A stretch of DNA of 64,000 nt from Spirochaetia bacterium (GTDB taxonomy: Bacteria; Spirochaetota; Spirochaetia; CADAEX01), in the NCBI GenBank assembly GCA_963662795.1, contig OY759746.1:2976001-3040000 (forward strand). The letters run 5' to 3'. Below, in pieces: positions 9,678 through 18,668 of the stretch (positions are counted from its first letter, which is position 1; every line of letters begins with the position of its first letter). The notes below the pieces were generated by a model. The model had not been told where the DNA came from. It was given only the letters and a program-made list of their open reading frames with translations, and ran no database searches. Position numbers and translations under genes: made by a program.

Positions 9678-10679
9678 TTATTTCAGTTCTTTCTGAATTT
9701 TTTCAAAAAGACCCTTTTCCCAGAACCCTTCATTTTCGATAGCTATTGCGGCTGCCGGAATAACAGCATTTCTGAAAGGAGCAGTGTCTACTTCCCATAC
9801 TGTAACACCTTCGGCTTTCATCTTGTTGATATACTCATCCTGGAGTTTATCAATCTCGCTTACAAACCATTTATTAACTTCCTTGTCTGTTTCAAGGAAA
9901 AGTTTTTTATACTTCTCGGGAACAGTATCCCACCATTTCTGGTTTACGGTAAATCCTGTAACATCGTAGGAATGATAGGTAAGGGTGAGGTTTTTTGCGA
10001 CTTCATACCATTTCATGTTATAAAGTGATTCAACATGATTTTCAGCTCCGTCTACAAGGCCCTGTTTAATGGCAAGGTATGCTTCATTGAAAGCAACCGG
10101 TGTGGGGGTTGCGCCCATTGCCTTGAAGCTTTCGATATAAAGTTTTGCGTCAGGAACACGAATTTTAACACCTTTAAGATCGTCGATGTTTTTAACCGGG
10201 TTTTTTGTAAGGATATGGCGCGGAAGTCTTGTCCAGCTTGCTGTAACATACCTGATGCCATGTTCTTTTGATAACTGATCATTCAGTGCAGACATTGTCG
10301 GTCCGAGAGCCACTTTTTCAGCCTGTTCCCGGCTTTCAAAAAGATAGATAAATTCAGCAATTGAAAGACTTCCCTGCAGTCTGCCGAGAGAGCTGATACT
10401 GCCGCGGAATGCCTCAATTGTACCTGATTTAACCTGTGCAAGCTGCTTGGATGTATCCCCTAGCTGAGAGGCGTGATACGGTTCAACAATAAAAACGCCG
10501 CCTGATTTTTCTTTCATGATAGCCGCAAACTTGTCGACAGCTTTTGCTCCAAGATTGTTAACGTTTTCAATTGTTCCGACCCTCATCACAATTTTTTCTG
10601 CATCAGCTTCTTTCTTGCCTCCTGCAAATGCAAAGACGGTACAAACAATAAGTAATGAAACGAGAATAATTCTTTTCAC
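9678..10679 (-). CDS. TRAP transporter substrate-binding protein (DctP), carboxylate-binding type
   Basis: DLKGVKIRVP (conserved Arg present), GATPTPVAFNEAYLAIKQGLVDGAEN; signal peptide. Confidence 0.93.
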   Translation of the reverse strand: MKRIILVSLLIVCTVFAFAGGKKEADAEKIVMRVGTIENVNNLGAKAVDKFAAIMKEKSGGVFIVEPYHASQLGDTSKQLAQVKSGTIEAFRGSISSLGRLQGSLSIAEFIYLFESREQAEKVALGPTMSALNDQLSKEHGIRYVTASWTRLPRHILTKNPVKNIDDLKGVKIRVPDAKLYIESFKAMGATPTPVAFNEAYLAIKQGLVDGAENHVESLYNMKWYEVAKNLTLTYHSYDVTGFTVNQKWWDTVPEKYKKLFLETDKEVNKWFVSEIDKLQDEYINKMKAEGVTVWEVDTAPFRNAVIPAAAIAIENEGFWEKGLFEKIQKELK

Positions 10680-10793
10680 TGTTTTCCTCCTGTAAAAAAC
10701 AATTTAAATATTATTTTTTAAAAGCAGTTCATATGCTTCTTAAAATAATCAAATCAAGTTGTAGAATATTAAAAAATGCAATTGCCTTTCACT

Positions 10794-10823
10794 ATTGTAA
10801 ATTGACACTGTCTTTTCTGTCAA
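10794..10823 (-). promoter_or_regulatory. promoter of the dctP operon
   Basis: minus-strand TTGACA-N18-TACAAT, overlapped by an imperfect copy of the IclR-type operator (TTTCACTATTGTAAA, 10787-10801). Confidence 0.55.
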
Positions 10824-10846
10824 GAAAAAGTTTTAAAAAATAAAAT

Positions 10847-10869
10847 ATAATTTCACTAATTGAAATTAT
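10847..10869. promoter_or_regulatory. palindromic operator, probably for the adjacent IclR regulator
   Basis: perfect 9-5-9 inverted repeat ATAATTTCA-CTAAT-TGAAATTAT abutting TTGACT-N16-TATAAT (10869-10896). Confidence 0.65.
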
Positions 10870-10919
10870 TGACTTTCCCCAATAAAAATGTATAATACCA
10901 ATAACGGCAGGGTAAAAAA

Positions 10920-11690
10920 ATGAACACTACAAAAGGTAATCAATCATTAGCCAAGGCACTTCAAATCATAGAAGTCATGGCAGAACATAAGGCTCCTATG
11001 AGACTTCTTGATATAGCAAACGCTGTTGAAATGTCTCCAAGTACAGTTCTAAGATTCTTAAAGACACTTAAATCAAAGAATTACGCCGGACAGGATCCGG
11101 TTACCCTTAATTATTATCCAACCATGAAATTTCTGGTAATCGGTAACTTAATAAGTTCACAGATGAAGATCCGTGATATTGTTCGTCCGTATCTGGTCGA
11201 AATATCACGTCAATGCGGTGAATCCTCAAGTCTTGCGATTCTTCAGGATCTTGAAGTAATCTATATCGATTATGTTGAGGGGCCGGATTTGATCCTGAAA
11301 ACCCTGCAACGAATCGGCAAAATTGCGCCTGTTCACAGTACCGGCGTGGGAAAATGCCTGATGCTCAACTTTGATGAAAATAAAATTGATGAGCTCATAA
11401 GCAAAAAAGGTCTTACTGCATTAACTGATAAAACTATCACTACAAAAAATGATCTTGTAAAAGAACTGGATTTTGTCAGACAGCAAAACTATGCTCTTGA
11501 TAATGAAGAATGCGAACAGCAGGTAAAATGTGTTGCAGTTCCAATTCGCGATTATACTCAAAAGGTAGTTGCAAGTATCAGCGTATCTGCTCCCCTCGGA
11601 AGATTGGCTGAAAACAAAATGCAGTATATATTATCCCTGCTCAGGGAAACATCCGATGCAATATCAAAAATACTGGGGTACATATCATGA
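10920..11690 (+). CDS. IclR family transcriptional regulator
   Basis: N-terminal wHTH (SLAKALQIIE...STVLRFLKTL), HSTGVGK, YALDNEE, CVAVPI. Confidence 0.95.
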   Translation: MNTTKGNQSLAKALQIIEVMAEHKAPMRLLDIANAVEMSPSTVLRFLKTLKSKNYAGQDPVTLNYYPTMKFLVIGNLISSQMKIRDIVRPYLVEISRQCGESSSLAILQDLEVIYIDYVEGPDLILKTLQRIGKIAPVHSTGVGKCLMLNFDENKIDELISKKGLTALTDKTITTKNDLVKELDFVRQQNYALDNEECEQQVKCVAVPIRDYTQKVVASISVSAPLGRLAENKMQYILSLLRETSDAISKILGYIS

Positions 11691-11766
11691 AAAATTCTGT
11701 TCTTCCAGCTTTGTCCTTAACTTAACACCTCCGGAAAAGATATCTTATCTTCTTTGAAAAAATAAA

Positions 11767-11802
11767 GGATGACCAGCTACCACTATTCATTACTGATCAT
11801 CC
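11767..11802. terminator. probable bidirectional terminator between convergent genes
   Basis: GGATGACCAG...CTGATCATCC stem flanked by A-rich and T-rich tracts. Confidence 0.45.
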
Positions 11803-11809
11803 ATAATTT

Positions 11810-13294
11810 TTATACTGCTGCCGGAGGATTCTGAAAGACTTCAAGCGACTCTTCTTTGGTCGGACCGCCTGTTGCAAGACTTACAATTACAATTCCAAGT
11901 GATGTAATAATTACATTATAGAATAAGCTGTAAACCCCAAACGGAGGAGATACAAAACCAAGCGCCTGGGCTATCGCAGCAATTGAGCCAAGAGTTAAGC
12001 CTGTAATTATACCCTTGCTGTTGGCTTTACTCCAGAATATTGCTACAACGCATGGAACCAATACTGTATAACTCGGGAAAGTAAGTTTAAGCATCATTCG
12101 CATTATTCCGAGCTTAGGATTAAGCGCTCCAAAAAAGGCAAGCAGTATCATTGTAATTACAACAAATCTGCTGATATACATTGCTTTTTTTGCATCCCAA
12201 TCAACTTTTAATGTTCTGATGCAAATATCATTTATAATTACTGATGCACCCATTAAGAGGAGAGAGTCCGCTGTTGAAAAAGATGCGGCAATTGCACCGC
12301 TCATGATTATTGCTGCCCCTACCGGACCGAGATACTTTAAAGCCCACCTGACAAGAAGCTGATCATTGGAAACGCCTTCTATTCCGTTTGGAGCAAATAT
12401 TGATATTGCAGAACCTGTTATTGGAGATAAAAAGACAAGCATTATTGTTCCGGCTAAAGCACATCCGACTATCATATACATAACGCCCTTCAGATTCCTG
12501 GCTGAATATAATCTGATTGTCATATGAGGCATGTAAAGATATCCGATAAAAACCACAGGTGCTACAATTCCAAGATAGTTTATATTCTCCTTGATCTGAA
12601 ACGCGTCAGGTCTTGCAATAATTGCCTTTTCAAACATATCTCCCAAACCGCCGTAATGCGCTACAACAATATACCCAAGTACTGAAAGAAAGATAAAACA
12701 CATTACAAGCTGGAGTGTATCAGTATAAGCAACAGCCCTGAATCCACCAAGTGAAGTATAAACTGCCATAATTACTGTAAAAAAGATAAGTATCGGCATA
12801 TATTTAAGTTCACCGCCAGTCAGACCGGAAAGGGTATAAGCCGATCCTATAAGCTGAATGCTTACATAAAAGACTGAAAAAGCCAGGCTTACCAGCAGGC
12901 CTAAAACTATAGCTGAAAAAACAACAGCCGCCCTTGAGTTAAATCGTGCTGATATCAGATCAGCGACAGTTGTCATTTTATGATAATAAGAGGCCTTGTA
13001 TATTCTTACTGCAAATATTAATGATAGAGGACTCATTACTATAATTATAAGTTCACTCATTCCGGGCATGATATTATCAGAAAAGAAATATCCGGCACCT
13101 CCAAGAAACGTGTATGAACTAAACTGAGTTGCAACAAATGTTGCCATCATAATAAAAGGAGGCATTGTTCCTGCTGCAATAAAATAATCCTGAGTACTAT
13201 TTGACCCTCTTTTATACGCTATATAACCAAGCCATAAACATACCGCAAGATAAATAACTATAATTGCACTTACTACTAAAGTTCCTGCTGACAT
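11810..13294 (-). CDS. sodium:solute symporter (SSS, PutP/PanF family)
   Basis: DYFIA, ATQFSSYTFLGGAG, YTSLGGFRAVAYTDTLQ, AASFSTADSLL; about 13 TM; start at ATG 13294. Confidence 0.93.
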   Translation of the reverse strand: MSAGTLVVSAIIVIYLAVCLWLGYIAYKRGSNSTQDYFIAAGTMPPFIMMATFVATQFSSYTFLGGAGYFFSDNIMPGMSELIIIVMSPLSLIFAVRIYKASYYHKMTTVADLISARFNSRAAVVFSAIVLGLLVSLAFSVFYVSIQLIGSAYTLSGLTGGELKYMPILIFFTVIMAVYTSLGGFRAVAYTDTLQLVMCFIFLSVLGYIVVAHYGGLGDMFEKAIIARPDAFQIKENINYLGIVAPVVFIGYLYMPHMTIRLYSARNLKGVMYMIVGCALAGTIMLVFLSPITGSAISIFAPNGIEGVSNDQLLVRWALKYLGPVGAAIIMSGAIAASFSTADSLLLMGASVIINDICIRTLKVDWDAKKAMYISRFVVITMILLAFFGALNPKLGIMRMMLKLTFPSYTVLVPCVVAIFWSKANSKGIITGLTLGSIAAIAQALGFVSPPFGVYSLFYNVIITSLGIVIVSLATGGPTKEESLEVFQNPPAAV

Positions 13295-13295
13295 A

Positions 13296-13568
13296 TTATT
13301 TGCCCTCCTGTGTTTTTTTAATATCTCTGTACATAAGATAAGCAAACCATAATGTAACAGCGCAGATCACAACACCCCAAATCCAGGATTGAACAATGTT
13401 GGCAGGGATTTTTCCAATTCTGGCATCCGTATTATATGCACCGGTATATGACCAAATACAGTAAATAATTACCATTACATACTGAACAATAATCAGATTC
13501 TTTTCCGTTTTTGTCAGTTTCCACGGAATAGATTCAATTTCTTTTTTTCTGTTCTCAATATCTGTCAT
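13296..13568 (-). CDS. small 2-TM membrane protein, SSS-associated accessory subunit
   Basis: 90 aa with two hydrophobic segments, immediately upstream of the SSS gene; AGGGGG RBS. Confidence 0.7.
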   Translation of the reverse strand: MTDIENRKKEIESIPWKLTKTEKNLIIVQYVMVIIYCIWSYTGAYNTDARIGKIPANIVQSWIWGVVICAVTLWFAYLMYRDIKKTQEGK

Positions 13569-13591
13569 AGTGCCCCCTGAAAAAAAATATT

Positions 13592-13612
13592 AGCCGGCAT
13601 TACTTGCCGGCT
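13592..13612. other. intra-operon stem-loop
   Basis: AGCCGGCA-TTACT-TGCCGGCT between the dehydrogenase and transporter genes. Confidence 0.5.
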
Positions 13613-13630
13613 TTGCTGATATTTACGTTT

Positions 13631-14785
13631 TTATACCTCCCTCCGTTCAATTTTTTCATGAACCATTATGCCCCTTTTTGCAAGTTCTGCAAAAAAATCA
13701 GCAGGATCAAAAGATTCATAGCCTATATGATAGCCTGATTTGTATTTTGCTTTACCCGAGATCATGAGCTGAGTTGCAATCGACATTGGTATTGCAACAC
13801 ACTTGGCAAACGCCCTTTCATTGCCCCATTCCGTAAAATACGGATGTGATGTTGTCATTGTTATTTTAATATCCCGTCCGTCTTTTTTACCTATTGTTTC
13901 CACATGAAGCGCATAACCCCAGAGTTTTGTCTTTGTGCCTCTCGGGAGCTGATGAAGCAGGTCTCCCATTACATCAAGCGTATTTAGTTTGTTGCCTTTG
14001 TGAAGAATTTCTTTTTTGCCGAAAATACCGAAATCAATAAGCTGTTTTAAAAGCTCCATTTCAACGGGAGGCCAAGTTCCCATAGTTACAACTTTTTCTA
14101 TTCCGGGGACAAACTGGGCAAGTCTTGTTGTCTCAGGATGCGGCACAAAATAGACGTCAAGTTCCCCGAAGGGCTCTTCGAATTTTACTTTTTTTGATTC
14201 TTTTAAAGGCGGCTGCGGGTGCATTTTACCTTTTTCGAAATATGCTCTTCCGGTTTCCGCAGGGTCCATTTCCCAGAAAGTTGTAAGAACAAGGCCGGGT
14301 GAAATGGCAATCGGCCTGAAAGATGCCCAGCTTACATTGATCTGTTTGACATTGTCGCATTTATCAACACCCCATTTTGCCATCATATCTGTTGTTCCTG
14401 GCGTCATACCTATTCCGGAAACGCAAAGGGTATCAGCTTTTTCAAATCCGTCATAATAGTAATCTTTGGGGAAATCATCCAGATTTGTATTCGGTATTTT
14501 TGCTTCCATACACGCTTTGATAGTGGGTTCAGCAATTCCGAATGCAAGGCCGTTCATTACAAAGTCATAACCCTTAATAGCACTTAAGACAGCATTATAG
14601 TCTGTAGCGTTTAATTTCATGGTTTTGATATTTTTGTCTTTGTATTCGTTCTTCAACTGGTCGCATTTTTCAATATTCATGTCAGCGAGCATGAATTCAG
14701 CATATCCGCTGGTTTCTATAAGATCCCGTGTTGCTTCAATGCACATTGCACCGACAGCACCAATAATTATTACTCTTGTGTTCAA
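13631..14785 (-). CDS. saccharopine dehydrogenase family NAD(P)-dependent oxidoreductase
   Basis: IIGAVGAM Rossmann motif, GIGMTPGTTD, HPET; TTG start at 14785 after AGGAGG. Confidence 0.85.
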   Translation of the reverse strand: MNTRVIIIGAVGAMCIEATRDLIETSGYAEFMLADMNIEKCDQLKNEYKDKNIKTMKLNATDYNAVLSAIKGYDFVMNGLAFGIAEPTIKACMEAKIPNTNLDDFPKDYYYDGFEKADTLCVSGIGMTPGTTDMMAKWGVDKCDNVKQINVSWASFRPIAISPGLVLTTFWEMDPAETGRAYFEKGKMHPQPPLKESKKVKFEEPFGELDVYFVPHPETTRLAQFVPGIEKVVTMGTWPPVEMELLKQLIDFGIFGKKEILHKGNKLNTLDVMGDLLHQLPRGTKTKLWGYALHVETIGKKDGRDIKITMTTSHPYFTEWGNERAFAKCVAIPMSIATQLMISGKAKYKSGYHIGYESFDPADFFAELAKRGIMVHEKIERREV

Positions 14786-14896
14786 ATCTGCTCCTCCTAA
14801 GTTATAATTCATTGATTACACTTTAGAGGTAGTATCCGGGGATCCGCAATATTACAAAAATACTTTATCTATAGTACTAAAGTAACATTCTGATTA

Positions 14897-15580
14897 TTAT
14901 TGAAGGGGTTTTTTGTTTTTGGCGTTTAATCCGATCTGCATGGCCCGCATCCTGTTGTGGGCGCCTATCTTGGAATAAATACTGCTTACATAATTTTTTA
15001 CGGTCTGTTCAGATAGAAACATTACTTCCGCTATTTCAGAATTGTCGAGTCCCTGAGAGATATAATCAAGAACTTCTTTTTCTCTTTTACTTAATATGTC
15101 AAGGGACTCATTATGTTTTGCCGCTGCTGCTTTCGGGACTGCTTCCCTGCCTTCAGGCTGTATTTGTTCAAGCAGTTTTTTTGCTATTTTCTGGGGAATA
15201 AGTACAGATCCTTCTTTAACTGTTTTTATGGCGTTTATCAGTTCTTCAGGTGAGATATCTTTAAAAAGATATCCTGCAGCACCGTTTAACAGGGCTTCAA
15301 GGACATATTCATCAGCTGAAAAAGTGGTGAGGATTATTATCTGGGTTTTTGACAACTTATTTCTGATGACTTTTGTTGCCTCAACCCCGTTTATAATGGG
15401 CATGAAAATATCCATTAAAATGATATCCGGTTTTTTTTCCAGAGCAATATCTATTGCATCCTTTCCGTTGTTTGCAATCCATATTTCCTTGAAATCCTTA
15501 CACCTGACAGTAAGAATCATTTTAAGGCTTTCTGCAAAAAGTTTCTGATCATCAGCTATTAAAAGATTTATTTCACTCAC
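14897..15580 (-). CDS. NarL/LuxR family response regulator
   Basis: IADDQ, LMDIFMP, GYLFKD receiver; LSKREKEVL...SEQTVKNYVSSIYSKIG HTH. Confidence 0.95.
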   Translation of the reverse strand: MSEINLLIADDQKLFAESLKMILTVRCKDFKEIWIANNGKDAIDIALEKKPDIILMDIFMPIINGVEATKVIRNKLSKTQIIILTTFSADEYVLEALLNGAAGYLFKDISPEELINAIKTVKEGSVLIPQKIAKKLLEQIQPEGREAVPKAAAAKHNESLDILSKREKEVLDYISQGLDNSEIAEVMFLSEQTVKNYVSSIYSKIGAHNRMRAMQIGLNAKNKKPLQ

Positions 15581-16766
15581 TTATCGCAGCCTCATTCATT
15601 AATGGCATCTGTATAATCAATGTGAATCCTTTTTCCTGATTTTCGATATATATTGATCCGTTTTTATTTTTTATTCTCTCTTCAATTCCCTGGAGTCCTA
15701 TACCGAAAACAATATTTTCACAACCTGTTCCGTCATCGGAAATAATTATTTTTATATTATTTTCAGATATTGAAAAGTCAATATTTACAGCTGTAGCATC
15801 TCCATGCCGGAAAGCATTTGTCAGCGCTTCCTGAAATATCCTGTATAAATCCTGATCCAGTACCCGGTTCAGGATATTTACATCTATATCACTTGTTCTG
15901 ATATTAACGTTTACCCCTGTTGAGCGCGTAAAAATTGATATTAGAGATTTCAGGGATTCAAGACCTTTATGCAGCGGGCTGTCAACGTTTTTCAGTGAAT
16001 AAAGAGTCAGTCTGGCATCAAGGAGGCTTTGCTGTATATGATTTTTTGCGAGAAAAAGAAATTTATCCATCTCCTTTGAGTCATTCCGGAAAGTTATCGC
16101 AGCTTCAAGGAGCATATTCAGGTTGGTAAACGTATATCCGATAATATCGTGAATATCAGTTATTATTTTCTGTCTTTCACGATATCGAATTTCGCTCAGC
16201 TCTTTTTCCATTTTTTTCCTCTGGGTTATGTCTATCGATAATCCCAGAATGCCGTTTTTGATAAAACCTGAATTAAACGGTGCTTTTTTTACCTGAAAAA
16301 TATTTTTTGTACCGTCTTTTTTCATAAATTCATTTACATTAAAATATTTAGTAGTCTTTTCTTTCCATATCAGGGCATCCTCAAGCCCGCATCTTGTTGC
16401 TTCATCAAATGTTATTTTATCAAGTGTTGCCAGCTGCTTATCGGTTTTGCCTGTCATTTCTGATTCATTGCCAATCCCGTATAAATCAAGCAGCGCTTTA
16501 TTTACCAGAACATACTTTCCGATGCTGTTTTTAATGAAAATACAATTAACTGATGAATTGATTATTTCGTTCAGTGTATATAGTATTTCCCGGAATAAAC
16601 GTATGGGCAGATAAAATAGTATAAAAAAAAGAATTATGGATACTGCAGTGAAAATCATACTGTTTGCAGCCCCGCTTTTATGAATAAAAAATAATAATAA
16701 TAAAAAGAGTGATACAGCTATTGCAGAGCTTATTAAAAATATTCCTATACAGTGCTTTTTGAACAT
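15573..16766 (-). CDS. PAS-domain sensor histidine kinase (HisKA_3 type)
   Basis: 2 N-terminal TM, PAS-like IFIKN...GKYVLVN, DIHDIIG H-box, QEALTNAFRHG, DDGTG. Confidence 0.92.
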   Translation of the reverse strand: MFKKHCIGIFLISSAIAVSLFLLLLFFIHKSGAANSMIFTAVSIILFFILFYLPIRLFREILYTLNEIINSSVNCIFIKNSIGKYVLVNKALLDLYGIGNESEMTGKTDKQLATLDKITFDEATRCGLEDALIWKEKTTKYFNVNEFMKKDGTKNIFQVKKAPFNSGFIKNGILGLSIDITQRKKMEKELSEIRYRERQKIITDIHDIIGYTFTNLNMLLEAAITFRNDSKEMDKFLFLAKNHIQQSLLDARLTLYSLKNVDSPLHKGLESLKSLISIFTRSTGVNVNIRTSDIDVNILNRVLDQDLYRIFQEALTNAFRHGDATAVNIDFSISENNIKIIISDDGTGCENIVFGIGLQGIEERIKNKNGSIYIENQEKGFTLIIQMPLMNEAAISE

Positions 16767-16773
16767 TTTTAAC

Positions 16774-17481
16774 TTAGCCTCCGTTTCTGCTGAAAATATA
16801 CCCGATTCCCCTGACGCTTTTAAAATAGAGGGGGTTGTTTCCGTCCTTCTCGAAGTATTTACGGAAGCGTACTATGAAATTGTCTATAGTTCGTGTTTCA
16901 ATGCTTGATGTGATGTTCCACACTTTTTCAAGTATCTCTTTTCTCGACAGAACAGTGTTTTCATTTTCAATCATGTATTTTAAGAGCATTGCTTCCTGCT
17001 GGGTAAGGTGAAAAACCTCTTTTCCTGCTTTGCATTTAAGATCCCTGAAATCTATTTCATTGTCACCGAAACTGAAGACAGCAGGTGCGGTTGAAAAGTC
17101 TGAGTACCAGCTTTTTCTTTTAAGCATCCCTTTTACCCTTAGAAGAAGCTCTTCAAGATGAAAGGGTTTTGTCATATAGTCGTCAGCCCCAAGCTCAAGA
17201 CCTTTCAGCCTGTCCTTGATTTCGTGGCGCGCGGTAAGCATCAGGACAGGTACCTGCGGATCTTTATTCCGGATGGCTTCAGCAACTTCAAAACCAGTGA
17301 GGTAGGGAAGCATGATATCAAGAATTACAAGGTCAAAATCACCTGCGAAAAATTCTTCAACTGCTTTTTTCCCGTCAGCAGCCAGTACAACCGAGTACCC
17401 TTCCTCCTCAAGATTGAATTTCAGCCCTGCTGCCAATGCTTCCTCATCTTCGGCAAGAAGAATTTTATATATGTCATTCAT
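16774..17481 (-). CDS. OmpR family response regulator
   Basis: LAEDE, LDIMLP, GADDYMTKPF; wHTH TRTIDNFIVRFRK...VRGIGY. Confidence 0.95.
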   Translation of the reverse strand: MNDIYKILLAEDEEALAAGLKFNLEEEGYSVVLAADGKKAVEEFFAGDFDLVILDIMLPYLTGFEVAEAIRNKDPQVPVLMLTARHEIKDRLKGLELGADDYMTKPFHLEELLLRVKGMLKRKSWYSDFSTAPAVFSFGDNEIDFRDLKCKAGKEVFHLTQQEAMLLKYMIENENTVLSRKEILEKVWNITSSIETRTIDNFIVRFRKYFEKDGNNPLYFKSVRGIGYIFSRNGG

Positions 17482-18514
17482 TTTGATCTTCCCTTTCTGT
17501 TTCCAGTTTTCTGCTTAGGCGCAGGAGTTTGTTTATATGTCTGTTCTTGAATGTTTTAAAGACAGGGAGGCTGATAATAAAGGATGTTCCCCTGTTTTTA
17601 CCGCCGCTTATTACAGATATTTTTCCGCCGTGATAGTCAATTATCTCCTTGACCCAGAACAATCCAATTCCTGTTCCCTTGACATTCGGGCTCTCCGGGT
17701 TGTTGAGGCGCATAAAACGCCTGAATATTTTTTTCTGGTCTTTTTTATCAATTCCAATACCGTTGTCGTGTATCTCTATATGAAAGTACCCTGCTGTTCT
17801 GCTCAGCTTTATATTAATTAAAGTTTCATTTATTGAGTATTTAAGCGCATTGTCAATTAAGTTATTAAAAACAATGTAAAGCCAGTTTTTATCGATTACA
17901 CACTGGCAGGAGGCGCTCCCTTCTATTTTAACTCTTTCTTCCGGCAGCTTAATGCTTTTAAGAGTACGCTTTAATACTTCCCTTATTATTGAATCAGCAT
18001 CGTAGATATGATAGTCGTGGACAAGTTTACTCGCGATTTTACTGTATTTCATTGTAGAGAGGTAAAGCACTGAACTTATCAGCTTGTTCAGCCTTTCGAC
18101 ATCGGAGAGCATTGTGTCGATAAAATCATTCTGTTTTTCCCTGTCCAGTTCCCGTTTCTGCATTGTTTCAAGAAACAGCTGTATGGATGAAAGAGGTGAT
18201 TTTAATTCATGGGTTACATTTGAGATGAAGTTGTCATACATGCTTGTTATATTCATCTGCCGTGCAAGATATGCAAAAATAAGGGAAAGAATTGTAGAAA
18301 GTGTTACAAGCAGTATAATGCCGCTTACAAGAACTGCCACGCTTCCGGCATTTCTTTCAGAGATTACTTCTGCCGCTTTGGTAAATGCCTCTGTTTTAAT
18401 ATAGGTTGTGACATACCAGAATATCCAGAGGCCGAGAAGAAGCAGCCAGGCAAACTGCGCAACTGAAAAGAGTAGAATATGATAGAATAGCGGCTTGTTC
18501 CTTGTCCTCCACAT
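17474..18514 (-). CDS. sensor histidine kinase (HisKA) with a very short extracytoplasmic loop
   Basis: NVTHELKSPL, NLIDNALKYS, DNGIGI, GTGIGL; two TM separated by about 22 aa; start uncertain (ATG 18514 or TTG 18541). Confidence 0.92.
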   Translation of the reverse strand: MWRTRNKPLFYHILLFSVAQFAWLLLLGLWIFWYVTTYIKTEAFTKAAEVISERNAGSVAVLVSGIILLVTLSTILSLIFAYLARQMNITSMYDNFISNVTHELKSPLSSIQLFLETMQKRELDREKQNDFIDTMLSDVERLNKLISSVLYLSTMKYSKIASKLVHDYHIYDADSIIREVLKRTLKSIKLPEERVKIEGSASCQCVIDKNWLYIVFNNLIDNALKYSINETLINIKLSRTAGYFHIEIHDNGIGIDKKDQKKIFRRFMRLNNPESPNVKGTGIGLFWVKEIIDYHGGKISVISGGKNRGTSFIISLPVFKTFKNRHINKLLRLSRKLETEREDQNE

Positions 18515-18569
18515 GTGAATTACATTGTAAAACAGATTCAAATCAATGTGTATATCTTCATGTTAGGTC

Positions 18570-18588
18570 TTTTACATTTATTTTACAT
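18570..18588. promoter_or_regulatory. tandem direct repeat, candidate OmpR-family binding site
   Basis: TTTTACAT at 18570-18577 and 18581-18588 (11-bp period) in the divergent intergenic region. Confidence 0.5.
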
Positions 18589-18668
18589 AATCATCCGTAA
18601 TGACAGGTTACTTTAAGCTGATTATTTGTATTAATAAAAACGCTTAAAATCTGATCTGGAGGATCGCA

